A DNA stretch of 64,000 bases from Octopus vulgaris (GCA_951406725.2 OX597819.1:86738001-86802000); one strand, 5' to 3'. Shown: positions 25,331 to 40,035, counted from the stretch's first letter. A program made the numbers and translations. Notes: generated by a model from the sequence alone, not told the origin.

Positions 25331-27406
25331 ACACACGGGCGCCCTCATGCACATATGCGCACGCACACAACACACAAACGCCCCACACACACACACACAC
25401 ACACAAACAACAACAACAACACACAAACGCCCCCCCCCCCAACACACACACACATACACACATACTCACACACAGATGCACACAAGTACACACAAACACA
25501 CGCATATATTGTATCACTGTATCGGCCAGACTATCGGATGTGTTTTATACATCGTTGGTCCTAATACAGCATTATATGAAACGTTTTGCTTAAAAACGCA
25601 ACACACCACCAGTCTGAGATTCGAAACCACGATCTTGAGATCGGGACTTGCAACATCTTAACAACTAAGCTACGAGCCCCTGTGTGTGTGGGGGGGTGTA
25701 TGTGTTTGTGTGTGTGGGGTGGTTATATGTGCGTTTGAATGTGCATGTGTGTGTTTATGTATGTACGTACGTATGTATGTATGTATGTATGTATGTATAT
25801 ATGTATGTATGTAAGTATTTACATGTATCTACATTAATGATTAAATGCAAATATATATGCGTTGCACGTAACAACACATATACAACTCTAAATTACTCAT
25901 CCCTGCCTAAAAGGCAGTTTGGGGTATCCTTGAACCACATTCAAATTTGAAACCACCTACAAATGAAATCCCTAAAAATACATACGAATGTAAAACATGT
26001 CACACCCCGCCGTCTTCAATAAGGCAGGGAAACTTTTCCATCCTAAGTCACTACTTAATCGTAGTGATTTAGGTTGGAAAAGATCCGAATTATAACGGTT
26101 AAGTCGCCTTTGTGCATAAGTTTACTCAGTCCCGAGTGACATCTATTACAAAGCAATAATTCAATGAATGCTGTGAGCATAAGAATTTATTGAATTGAAG
26201 ATTCATTACTATTCTCATTACATATGCACCTCACACGTTCTAGATTTGTAATGTGCCTCTTGTGGTTGAAGCTGTCATAATCGTTAGCACGCCGGTTAAA
26301 ATGCTTAGCGGCTCTTTACGTTCTGAGTCCAAATAGGTGTAAGAGTGGCTCTGTAGTAAGTAGCTCGCTTACGAACCACATGGTTCCGGGATCAGAAAGA
26401 AAATTGTTACAGTGTTATTTAAGGTTGCGAGCTGGCAGAATTGTTTATACCTCGGATGAAATTCTGAGCGACATTTCTTCTGGTTCTTTACGTTCTGAGT
26501 TCAAATTCGGTTAAAGACATCATTGTCCTCCATCCTTTCAGCATCAATAGAATAAGTACCAGTTGAACATTGGGGATCGATGCAATCAATTAGCCTCCTC
26601 CTCCCTAAATAGTTGGCTTTGTGCCTATAATAGAAACAATTATTAAAGGGAAGCGAGGCTGATCAGGCTTTAGCTACGATTCGAATTTGTCGTTGTTGGA
26701 GATATTTACTCATTGTTATGCTACTCTAACTTTACTCAACATGTTAAATATAATTTGTCTCCAGCTCCATTAATACTGAAACATTTTCTAGATTCTTACA
26801 TCCATGTCTGTAAGTTCTTTTGATGACCAATTTGGAAGGCCAAATATAGGTGTCAAGCTGACACTGCAAGGGTTTTAGGGTCGAGCTATTTATTGGAGGT
26901 TGAAAGTGCTCTGATGACCATATTTTCCTTACTTTATTGAATCATTATTTTTTTTTTTGCCTTTTTAACCACGATCTTGCCATCGTGAGTGTCATACCCT
27001 AACCACTAGCCCACATGCCATATAACAGGCGCGGTCATAGGAAATTTTCGAAGGGAGGGCACAAAGTCAGAAGGGCGCAGCTATTAAAACAAATTACTAT
27101 AACATTATTTAGAAGGGCGCACTTCTTTTCTTGAGGGAGAGGGCACGTGTCCCTCAGTACCCCACCCTTGGGTTCGCCTCTGTGTATACACTTACATATG
27201 GGTGCATGCATGCATGTATGTATGTACGTACATACCTATGTATGTATGTATGTATGTATGTATGTATGTATGTATGTATGTATGTATGTATGTATGTATG
27301 CATGTATGTCTATGTATGTATGCGTGTATGTATGCATGCAAGGTCATGAGGGAGAACGACCTGTTCAAGATAATGGACTCCTTCCCTAAGGATACCTACA
27401 AAATTA

Positions 27407-27879
27407 TGTTAAATAGGTCCGACTTGGAGCCGTCCAGGTGTTTTGCTGAGGCGAGAAGTCTGGTCAGGCAAGAAGATTGTATTTTTGATTCCTAAAAGGA
27501 CTTGTGTAAGAGGTTTATTGCCTCAAAATGGCTTTGTATGTCGTTAATGTAAGAGGTCTATTGCCTCCTTAACGTGTTATCATTAAAAGGTTTGTTGCCT
27601 CAAAATGTTTTATAAAAGAACAATGTGCTCGGGTATACAGCAATCGGCGGGTGTTGCTGTTGCCCTCATTGTTATCATATCGTTAATCATTCCATCTCAT
27701 TATGTCCGTGTCCAGCCCGCAGCTTCCTTTCTTTGTAAGGCCCTTGTGGCCAATTAAGTGAATAAAAGAATGTATATATATATATATGTAATTTTGATGT
27801 ATTCTCAGTGTTTTGCAGTATTTATTTATTATAGTTTCTAATTGCGTAATCTTGTCTTTTAAGAGATTAAAGGGTAACA
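27407..27879 (+). mobile_element. Solo LTR (473 bp)
   Basis: TGTTA...TAACA termini; TSD ATTA (27403-27406, 27880-27883); TATAAAA at ~27611; AATAAA at 27761; three ~43-bp internal repeats upstream of the TATA. Confidence 0.85.
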
Positions 27880-28356
27880 ATTAAGAAACCAGATCTACGA
27901 GGGCGATTCTTTATGGTTGTTCAACCTGCTGGAAATAACTGTCAAATTTCTCTCTTATGTCGCACTCCACCGTCTTAGAAAAAGATAAATTGCAAATTCA
28001 GATCTGGGATCCCGTCTCACGTAGGTAAAATAAAAGGGATGGTTACAGTTGAAATGTTTTTCCTCATAGGTCACCTTCATCATAAGTGACCTGTGAGTAA
28101 ATAACAACAACAATAATAAACATTTGTGACGTGATATTTACGCTACATATCAGAAGACGTAGTGACATTATCATCTAGATGCAACTCAAAGATGACACTA
28201 ATTGGAGTTCAATAGTTTTCTCAGAGGAACAATTGCTTTTAAATTAAGCAAAAAAAAAAAAAGCATAAATTTAAGCGGGTGGGTACAGCCTATTGAATCC
28301 ATCTATGCCCTTCAATAGTACTTTGTTTTACTGCCTCGGAGAAAATTATAAACATA

Positions 28357-28906
28357 CGAGCAAAATGCCCCCCAGCCCCCTCTAATGGACGGTGCTGAAT
28401 CATATCTGCTGAAAAAAAGGCAATCAGTGTTTTCTTTTCATTAAAAAATAATTAAGCATGCCTTTATTTCAATAAAATTTTTGGTTTTGTTAAACGAAGT
28501 TAAGGCAAAAAAAAAAAACCTTCTTGAGAAATCAAATAGTCTTTCCTTCCTTCATGCCAAGTTTGAAGAAAATATCTCTTTTGCATCTTACTTTTTTTGT
28601 TTCACAAATATACTGCATTTTGTGGCATTATTTCAAGCCAGCCGACTTTTTTGCGCACCTGCACGTGCATTTTTCTCGGGTACGCGTAGTATCAATCGCA
28701 ACAGCTGATGTACTTACGCGTACAAATGCACGTTCCCACGGCTTTATCGATCGCATTCTCACCTGGAATCGATTTTTGTAATTTTTTTCAAGACTTATAC
28801 ATGCCCTGATACCGTCGGTATCAAATTTGAGCGCAATCGGATGGAGGATGCCTGAGATCCTTGAAGACACACACACAGACAGACAGAACGGATTGTATAT
28901 AATAGA
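28357..28906 (-). mobile_element. Non-autonomous Helitron-like element
   Basis: Minus-strand 5' TCTATTATATAC; degenerate 3' end. Confidence 0.5.
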
Positions 28907-29266
28907 TAAATAAATACAGATAAAACAAGAGTTTGATCAGCAACTTCTTACTGTTGTTTAAGATACTAATGTATGTATGCATGTATGCATGCATACATGC
29001 ATGCATGCATGCATGTATGTATGTATGTATGTATGTATGTATGTATGTATGTATGTATGTATGCATGTATGCATGCATGTATGTATGTATGTATGTATGT
29101 ATGTATGTATGTATGTATGTATGTATGCATGCTTTTATATATATATGGGGATTTTCACTGATGATTTTTAACTATTTGTATCTCCATGCTATATCATTAA
29201 TTTGATACCGTTTGTTGTCCAATCGTTGCTGAATTGCTTTTCTTTATTTTTATACATAACATATAT

Positions 29267-29582
29267 ACATTGTGGGGTATACTTGCCATCTCAATATGGC
29301 TAACCACTAAGGGTGGGTGTTACTGTGGCTTGTAGCCCCAGGAGAACATCGTCTCCAGCTGGCTTTAGGCACATTTTCTGTGCCCTCATGGTATTTGCAA
29401 AGGGAGGTCATCCTTCCTTCGTCAACCTAAGTGATACGCGACCTCCCTTTGCAAATACCATGAGGGCACAGAAAATGTGCCTAAAGCCAGCTGGAGACGA
29501 TGTTCTCCTGGGGCAACAAGCTACAGTAACACCCACCCTTAGTGGTTAGCCATATTGAGATGGCAAGTATACCTCACATTGT
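29267..29582. mobile_element. Foldback MITE (~140-bp arms, ~28-nt spacer)
   Basis: 29267-29408 is reverse-complementary to ~29441-29582 with few mismatches. Confidence 0.85.
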
Positions 29583-30750
29583 CGTGCAGTTACTGTTTAT
29601 ACCTCGTTCAGAGATTTATTATTGCATATATACATTCTTTATTCTTTATTTTACAGCTTTGATAATGAGTGTGGAAAAAGATTTTCAGTTAGAGCGATTT
29701 TATGCTACCTGTGGGAAAAGGGACTGACTGCAAGGGCAGCAGCATAAAAAATTAATGATGTGTACGGCCAAGGAACTATCAACGAAAGTGTGGCACAAAA
29801 CTGGTTCAGACTTTTCAAGGAAGACGTGATACCACTCTCAAAAGCAACCAAGGTCAGGCAGACCTTCTGTTGTAGAAGATGAGGTGGTGTTTGAAATGGT
29901 TGAACAACAGTCAAGCACAACCATTCGTACATTATTGGCAAAACTTGGCCCTTCACAAAACATCAACTAGAACCTCCATAAGCTTGGCCCTGTGAAAAGA
30001 TGATGTCGAGAAGCCCATGAACTGACCAATGATCAGTTTCAACAACGGATGAACATTTAAAAACAACTGCTGGCAAATCTACAGGATACCTCTCTTTATC
30101 GAATTGTAACTGTGGATGAAAAATGGATCTATTTTCGAAATTCTAATTAGAGAAATCAGTGTCTTCGTTCCAGCCAGGCTTCAGAATTTGTTCTCAAACA
30201 AGGGCTGTTCGAAGAGAAAGTCATGTTGTGTGTTTGGTGTAATTTAGAGAGGGTGATGCTCTTTGAGCTTGTCCCAGATGGTCATGCTGTGAACTCTAAC
30301 ACTTATACTCAACAACTGCAGCGAGTGTATGATGTTTTGAAAGCCTGCAGCCGGCATTCGTCAATTGAAGACATGAACTCTTACAACATCCCACCACATA
30401 CTGCTAATGTGACCAAGCGCAAACTTGAGGAACTTAAGGGAATGGGAAAGAATGCCTCGCCTTGCCTACAGTCCAGACCTTGTACCATTAGATTTCCATT
30501 TTGTTCCGAACCATGGCTCATTTCCTGCGCGGACGGAGGCCAACAATGTGGATGGGGTTGAAAACTGGTACAGAGAGACTTTTGCCTCTAAAATAGCCTA
30601 ACGGTATAGGCGTGGAATTGAGCTGACACAACGACGGCAACAGACAGTGGAATATGATGGGATATATTTTGATGAATAAACGTTTTTCGTAATCGGTTCG
30701 AACAATTGATTAAGCCTTGAAATACGAAAAACATGAGACTAAACCTGATA
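29583..30750 (+). pseudogene. Decayed near-full-length mariner transposon
   Basis: RAILCYLWEKG...INDVYG...AQNWF, RIVTVDEKWIYF, KVMLCVWCN, AYSPDL motifs with stops and frameshifts; TIR-like end aaacctgata. Confidence 0.88.
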
Positions 30751-30802
30751 TGCGTGTGTGAACACACACGCACACACACCCAAACACCCACCCACCTAAA
30801 CA

Positions 30803-30833
<31 letters not shown>

Positions 30834-30859
30834 CGATCCAAAATGCCTTTGAATGTCGC

Positions 30860-32065
30860 ATCGTATCCTTTCGGCAACATCTTTTAACCAACAAGTGTCG
30901 AAGAACATCCCTTGACCAAGTTCGCATACATGAGGTGATAACATCATGAGACTTGGAAGGCAGCTTTTTGAGCAACACTCTTTGTCTGATAGCCTAGAAT
31001 TCATGCCCAAAGAAGTTTCACGACTCTACCGCAACATATAAAAGGATGAGCCTATGTGAGCAGAAGACTATGCATGGATATGTAAGTAGAAAGCTCCGTG
31101 ATGATAGTAGCATCGATCATCAAAGCAGTTTATCATGGACGAATTGCCGGATTACTACCTCTACTTTGAAGGATATGCGTTTGCAATCCAGGAACAGGAA
31201 ATATCAACAAAGTACCCGATGCACAAAAGGGATAGAGATGTGGGAAAGGCCGTAAAATGTGAAAACCTATGCAGACTTTGTGGAGTCCACACTGAAGATA
31301 TCACCCAAATGATAAGCAGTTGTCCGAAAATGTCATCATGGTATTATCTACCGATGAGCCATGCGTTGTAGCTAGGACACTCTATAATGAAATCTGTCGT
31401 AAGGATAATCCCAACGATAAAGAAATAAAAAAACAATATGGTAGAAGCCGTAGCCACTCATAATAAAAAGGAATACTAGTGGAATGTACCAGTGAAGACT
31501 TCCATAAAATGTAAGCACAACAGACCTGATATGATGATTTGGGATAGAGAAGAGAAACTGTGCACAGTTGTAAAAATTAGCTGAACAGCGGATGTTAAGA
31601 TAAAGCTGAAGATCAATTAAAAAGAGAACACCTATGCTGAACTATTGAGAAATTTGCAGTTACTCTATCCAGATTACAAGTTCAGGTTTATACCTGTAAT
31701 TATTGGGGTCCTGGGATATGTAACACACTGCCTAAATACCAATCTTGAGAAATTAGGCTCTCATAACCAGAAAACAGAAAGCTAATTCGAAGGCTACAGA
31801 TCCAATGAATCACTAGAACTGTAAAAATTTGTGAAACTGTCCAGAAGTTTATCATTTAAATACATATGAGCATGTCTAGATATGTAACTATATGCATGAG
31901 AATACGTACATAAAACATACATACATACATACATACATACATACATACATACATACATACGTACAAGCAAAAATTCCCTGTTGTTGATGTTGAAATTCCA
32001 CTGAAGGAACCTTGGATCTAGTTTATGGTTCTTTCTCTATTGGCAAAAAATCTTAAAATAAGCTC
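30860..32065 (+). mobile_element. RLE-type non-LTR retrotransposon 3' end
   Basis: FEGYAFAIQEQEISTKY...CRLCGVHTEDITQMISSCPKM...CKHNRPDMMIWDREEKLCTVV; 3' UTR shared with 22745 and 56320. Confidence 0.85.
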
Positions 32066-32349
32066 ACATGTTCACATCTGTGAACATTTCCGAAGTTGAA
32101 GTTATCTAATTTAAAACAGAAATTATTCATTTACTTATTTTGTTAATAATGGTAGCGTTAAGTGGTAGGAGGACGTGTTTAAACTGATAGTTATTACGTG
32201 AATTATAAAAATCATTTGTAGTTCTCTCCCTTTAAAAGAACTATGAGAGTTACTTCCCTTGCATTACTACATTCTCATTTCTGTAGCCTGCGGAAAGTCA
32301 ATTTTCCATACTTGCAAGACATACTACAGGTGCAATTACCGAAATTTTA

Positions 32350-33510
<1,161 letters not shown>

Positions 33511-34382
33511 TATCGTCGCGTCTTTTCTAAAACTATTTCCGTTCCATTGTTCTGATTAACTTTCTCTTCCCGGGCCCTTTCGTTTCTCTGTGGAGTTTCC
33601 TTATAGTCATATGCTCTTTTCTCTCTCTTTTTTTTTTTTTTTTTTCAATTCCAATAGCTTCTTTTCTTGAAATGCTAACTCTTCGGAACTCTCTACTGTC
33701 GTCTTGTTTTCGTTGTCTCGCATACTCAGTCCTTTGAGCTTTCTGTCAATCAGTATTTTTCGAATTTGTAGGCTCATTCTTTTCCTTCACTTTAGTTCCT
33801 TACGTTTCCTCAAGCCTTGTTTGGCGTAATAAGAATAATAAAAAAGAAAATCCATGTAATCGACTTAATCCCTTTATCTGTCCTTTGTCCCCTCTATGTT
33901 TAGCCCCTTGTGGGTAGTAAAGAAATAGGTATTTCGTCTGCAGTTACGTTCTTAGTTCAAATTCCTCCGAGGTCGACTTTGCCTTTCGTCCACATCAGTG
34001 TGGTAATTTGGAATTGTTCCACACTTTCTATAGTTCAGCTTATTTCTGCAAGTTTCTTGATTCTCGTGGTTATCACAGCAGTGTTGGGACATGGTTGTTG
34101 TAACTGAGCATCTTAGTATGATGTTTGGTGTAGTGAATTTATCAATGTTTCAAGTATCTCTCTCTTCCACTCTATCACTCTCACTCTCTCTCTCTCTATT
34201 TCTCTCTCTCTCTCACCTTCTCACACACTATCTCTCTACGTTTATATGCATATGAGTATATGTATACGGTGTCTTAGCAGCTTTATGGCCGTCTTAGCAG
34301 CTTTATAGGTCCTCCGAGCAAATCAACGATCTGGGCCTGATAGTATTTTCTTTTTGACAATAAGCCACACATGGCACTGCTC

Positions 34383-34418
<36 letters not shown>

Positions 34419-34939
34419 CCATCGTCGTCGTCACAATGGATATATATCTAGGTATTTAATAACTAAAACATGATTAAGTTAATCAGAACATATTTAATTT
34501 AGGTAGCGTTAATAGAGCCGACATATCAAGATGAACCATAACAGTTCTTTCACAAATCAGAGAAGGAGTATCTGTGTGGTTGTTTGAGCTTCTATGAAAA
34601 CAGCCAATTTTTTCTCAACAATTTTAAAACGTACAGACTGTAGTATATTGTATACAATTTCCGAAAAAAAAAAGGAAAGCATTTCATCATAAATCTGACT
34701 GATTAAGTCTAATCTAGTCTATATAAACAACCATCGCCACCACCACCATTTATAAGTCCGTACAGCAGATAGTTAGTTGCTGATATGAAACGCAATTACG
34801 TAAACCATGCCACGGGAGTCGGAAAGATATGAAGCTACGTTTGGAGTTGTCTCCCGTAGATAGTAGTCAAACGGTCAACAAAAATTAACGGTATTAGTTA
34901 TCGAAAAATATTCCTTTCTTATTTTAAATTTATATTTAA

Positions 34940-35336
34940 CTAGCAGTATCGCCCGGCGTTGCTCGGGTTTGTAAGGGAAATAACTATATAAGCATTTTTA
35001 GAGATGTAAAGTATAATAGCCATCTCAATATGGCTAACCACGAAGGGGGGAGTGTTACTGTAGCTTTCTACGTTCTGAGATTTAATAACAAATTTTTAGA
35101 GAATTACTTCCCTTATATATGCCAAAAATGCATTAAAAAATGGGAAAAATTGATGGTAATTTTTTTTTAAATCGTAGGCTCATCGTAGACGCGCGCTAAT
35201 ACCCAGAAGGGCTCGATATGAATCACGACTATAAGATACCCGGTTTTGGTTAAACTGCACCGCAAAATGTGGGAGTAGTTAGGAATCTAAATCGTAGGAG
35301 ACAGATAGCACCCAACCTCTCTTTTAGATATAAAGA
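34940..35336 (-). mobile_element. Non-autonomous Helitron
   Basis: CTAG end with cccggcgttgctcggg hairpin, 5' TC, inserted between A and T. Confidence 0.8.
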
Positions 35337-35639
35337 TTTGAGAACAAGGAGACAAGTTTATTTATTCGAACTTATAACGATGTTTTTCTTTAGTTCGCCA
35401 TGCATGAAGCAGACTAACAACTACAGGCCTATTGTTTTTCATGCGGATGGTTTCCCTAAATTACTTTCTAAACAATTCTGTTTTCGTACCTCACCAAACT
35501 AAACAGGAGTAACATCAGCCTTACAGACAATGATTGTGCGGAACTTGTTATAAATTACGGGGAGGGAATTCAAACTACGAGACCGTCTGAGTAGTTCAGT
35601 GGTTCCTTGCACAGTACAGTATTAATTAACTTAGATATA

Positions 35640-36052
35640 CTCTCTTTTACTCTTTTACTTGTTTCAGTCATTTGACTGCGGCCATGCTGGATCACCGCCT
35701 TTAATCGAGCAACTCGACTCCGGGACTTATTCTTTTGTAAGCCCAGTACTTATTCTATCGGTCTCTTTTGCCGAACCGCTAAGTAACGGGGACATAAACA
35801 CACCAGCATCGGTTGTCAAGCAATGCTAGGGGGACAAACACAGACACACAAACACACACATCCATATATATATATATACATATATACGACGGGCTTCTTT
35901 TCAGTTTCCGTCTACCAAATCCACTCACAAGGCATTGGTCGGCCTGAGGCTATAGTAGAAGACACTTTGCCCAAGGTGCCATGCAGTGGGACTGAACCCG
36001 GAACCATGTGGTTGGTAAACAAACTACTTACCACACAGCCACTCCTGCGCCT
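35640..36052 (-). mobile_element. OK-like SINE
   Basis: Reverse complement of the 18997 family. Confidence 0.85.
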
Positions 36053-36289
36053 ATCTGTATTTAATTTAATTATTCAAATAAATCCAACATTTGTTTAATT
36101 TAGAGTGCGTTGACCAAAGTGAACGCCTCTAGTTCGGAAAGACTTTAGAAACAAAAGTTCCGGAAAAGCGATGTTGTATCTGTATTACCTTTTTAAAAAG
36201 AATTATTAAACTTTTATTGGAATATAATAAGTACTTATATGATACATACAAAACCACATTAAAAATTCATCGTTGGCGGCTCGCCTTAC

Positions 36290-36860
36290 CGAATGATGAT
36301 TAAAAATTCAAATCCAAAATCCAGAGAGAAAATAAAAATGGAAAAATAAGAACAAAGAAACAAAAAGAAGGAAAAAGAAAAAGAAAAAAATAATACAGAA
36401 AAAATCATCAATTCAACACCATGTGCCTCAATTGGTCCCGCACCACAATGTTCAACGGAACCTACTGAAGCAAGCCAACACGCTTGTGGCATTACCACGA
36501 GCGATGGCGAGGCTAAGGCGTTGAAACAGTAAAGTACCTTTACAGGCATCACCTGACATTTCGGTAAGGCGAGCCGCCAACGATGACAAGAACTTCGCCG
36601 TTAGCGGCTCAGCCCCTACAACCGTCTCAAACACCACAGGCTGGAAGGAGTGGTTCGCCGACAAGGTCCCGAGACTTAAGGATTTTGTTCCGTTCGGCTA
36701 CAGAAGCAGTAACACTCCCATTTACCGCAGCATCCAGGATGTGGGAGGGAGAAAAGGAGTCACAGATGTGACTCCTAGTTGAGGCACCTACCTCTTACCC
36801 AGGAACAAAGGCTAAGAACATCTAATCTCTTCCCATTCCTTCTGGGATGATATTACTATA
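36290..36860 (-). mobile_element. CRE-like non-LTR retrotransposon 3' fragment (RLE domain)
   Basis: FQPVVFETVVG...AKFLSSLAARLTEMSGD...LFQRLSLAIARGNATSVL, followed by a T-rich tail. Confidence 0.75.
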
Positions 36861-37014
36861 CAATACTTAGTGATTAGTCGTGTAAGGGGAAAATTGTATT
36901 GCTATAGGCAAATCAGAAAAAAGGAAAGAATGCCCAGAGTTTCCTTTAGTTTTTACAGGAATAATTGATTCTAATATATGTACACGATCTAAAGTGGCAA
37001 GGTTGCAGAATCGT

Positions 37015-37980
37015 TGGCGACGAGCTGGCAGAAACGTTAGCACGCCGGGCGAAATGCGTAGCCGTATTTCGTCTGCTGCCATGTTCTGAGTTCAAATTCC
37101 GCCGAGGTCGACTTTGCCTTTCATCCTTTCGGGGTCGATAAATTAAGTACCAGTTACGCACTGGGGTCAATGTAATCGACTTAATACCTATGTCTGTCCT
37201 TGTTTGTCCCCTCTATGTTTAGCCCCTTGTGGGTAATAAAGAAATAGGTATTTCGTCTGCCGTTACGTTCTGAGTTCAAATTCCGCCAAGGTCGACTTTG
37301 TCTTTCATCCTTTCGCGGTCGATAAATTAAGTACAAGTTACGCACTAGGAGTCGATAAATTAAATACCAGTTACGCACTGGGATCGATATAATCGACTTA
37401 ATCAGTCTGTCTGTTCTCTGTGTGTTTAGCCCCTTGTGGGTAGTAAAGAAATAGGTATTTCGTCTGCCGTTACTTTCTGAGTTCAAATTCCGCCGAGGTC
37501 GACTTTACCTTTTATCCTTTCGGGGTGGATAAATTAAGTACCATTTACGCACTGGGGTTATGTAATCGACTTAATCCCTTTGTCTGTCCTTTGTCCCCTC
37601 TATGCTTAGCCCCTTGTGGGTAATTAAAAAAAAAGAAGAATCGTTAGCACACCGGACAAAATGCTTAGCAGTATTTCGTTCGTCACTATGTTCTGAATTC
37701 AAATTCTGCTGAGGGTTGACTCTGCCTTTTTTCCTTTCGGGGTCGATAAAATAAGTACCAGCTGAGTTACTTGGCTCGATGTAATAGACGTAATCTCTCT
37801 CCTGAAATTGCTGGCCTTGTGCCAAAATTTGAAACCAGTAAAGGCACAAGACCTGAAATTTAGTGAAGTCCGTCAGTCGATTACATTGGCCTGGCGTATG
37901 GCTAGTAATTTATTTCATCAACTCTGAAATATCGTAAGGTAAAGTTGATCTCGGCGAGATTTGAACCTAGAACATCAAGT
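37015..37980 (+). mobile_element. Tandem array of Meta-type SINE copies
   Basis: 4 head-to-tail copies plus one decayed inverted copy. Confidence 0.85.
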
Positions 37981-38484
37981 GTCGTAATTAAAGACAGTAA
38001 AATATATTATCTGACTATCTCCTGACTATGCAATAACAAATTTATTTATTTATCACTCCAAAAATGTTATGTATTAGTAGAACATAATTTTAGCTCCCCG
38101 TTGCAATTTATTAATTTATCATTACAGATCTTATCATGGATAAAACATGTTTTTTTTTAATTCTCAAGAACCTTGAAACGTTTAACAGACTTGATTGCGT
38201 TGTTCACAATATCGTAAGATAATGGATTAAATATTCCCTTCGGTTTTTGCTGAAGTGTCATTTCTTATTTTAGCAGTTTATGAACTAAGCAAAAAATTAT
38301 AACAAATTCTTCAAATATTAAAAAAGACAACACATTCATAGCATTTTTCGGCGTCAATATCACTTACGAACTCTTAATATATAAGTGTAAAAATATGTAC
38401 TATTCTCACACAAAAATTAAATAAATATGCAAAAGACTCTTAGGAACTGGACATAATTTTAAGCACTGCGTATAGATTAAAATG

Positions 38485-38740
38485 TGGAGGCGCATTCCCA
38501 GACCGGGCGTCGTGTGTGTTTATTGAGCGAAAACACCTAAAAGTTCCACGAGGTTCCGGCACGGGTTGGTGGCGACCCCTATTGTAGTCTTTCGCCACAA
38601 CTTTCTCTCACTCTCTCTTCTTGTTTCTTGAGTAACGCTGCAATGGACTGGTGTCCCGTCCAGCTGGGGGGAACACATACGCCACAGAAACCGGGAAACC
38701 GGGCCCATGAGCCTGGCTAGGCTTGAAAAGGGCGACGTTT
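38485..38740 (+). mobile_element. tRNA-derived SINE (OR-like), with a deletion in the head
   Basis: ggaggcgcattcccagaccgggcg...aaaacacctaaa matches the head at 55798-55910. Confidence 0.7.
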
Positions 38741-39260
38741 GTCGTTTTTTTTTTAGAGAGATTAAAATAAAACACACATAGCATTGTCCAACTGGCCAAA
38801 AATTCCTTGCTTTACGAAATTCGCCTTCATTACTCCTTACGTGCCTAAGCATCCATAACTCTTTTTTTTTTTTACAATTCATGTTTTTGTCCCTGAGTTT
38901 TATTCTCTGCACTCTGTATGTACTTTAAGCTCATATGGCTGTATTTCTTAATTTGATTCAGAGACAACTACTTAATTAACGTAAGTTAGCACAAATTCTT
39001 TTGACTGTTATTCACAACACATTATCTTTTCCTTATTTTTCTTCTGTGTGCTCTTTACTTGAGAGTTCCTGTTATTTGAGTACCGGATGAGAAAGAGCTT
39101 ACGAATTTACTGTATATGGAAGGCTATGGTCACAACGATATGAAACTGACTACCATTAACTGACGATAACAGACAAAGATAGAATAGCTTTCGTTTTCAT
39201 TGAATATTGAGATTATTTTCAAATCCTAAAATAATATTCATTTTGTGCAGGACTTTATAG

Positions 39261-39510
39261 TAGCGGTCCCTAACCTTTTTTGTAACTCTAACTGGTTTTA
39301 ATGCAAATAATATTTTCCCGGGTCGTGGGATCACGCAGATAACAAACCAGTGCATAATATGTAATATTACATACATAATACTTATATTATACAAAAACAT
39401 TCTGCAGACTGCGGTGGTTATTAAAATAGAGATAACATTTTAAATTTTATTCTTTTTGTGCGGCCCACAGTACCAAATGATTTACTGCCAGCTGGTTAGG
39501 AACCCGGCTG
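39261..39510. mobile_element. Decayed hAT/Charlie-type non-autonomous element
   Basis: agcggtccctaacc ... ggttaggaaccc termini; near-TSD ctttatag/ctgtatag. Confidence 0.5.
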
Positions 39511-40035
39511 TATAGTACTCTGGAACAATTTTTCATCAGCATCATAACCATAAACATTACCACCATCATTTGTCATCGTTATTTATCATTATTGCTTTCA
39601 AGTTTTGGCATAAGGCCAGCAATTTCACGGGAGGAATAGGTCAGTTAGATCGACCCCAGTGTTCAAATTTTACTTGTTTTATTGACTCCGAAACGATGAA
39701 AGGCAAAGTCAATCTCTACGGAATTTTGAACTCGGAACGTGAAGACGGACAAAATGCCGCTAAGTGTCGTGCTAACGATTTAACCAGGTCACCGCCTTTT
39801 CGTCACTTATCATTATTAACACCTTCATTTATGTCTACGAAATTGAGTTGAAGATTGCTATGTTTGTTAAACAACTTCTGCATTTCATTAGCGAAACCGA
39901 AAAAAGCTGTAAATAGTTTCTGTTCGTTATCTAAATTCAAAAAACATGTGACCATGAATTTAGTCACAAACGGCTCTGCCCCCGCTTTTTTTTTTCTTTC
40001 TTTTTTAAAAGTTATTCAGCGAAGAGGAAGATGTG

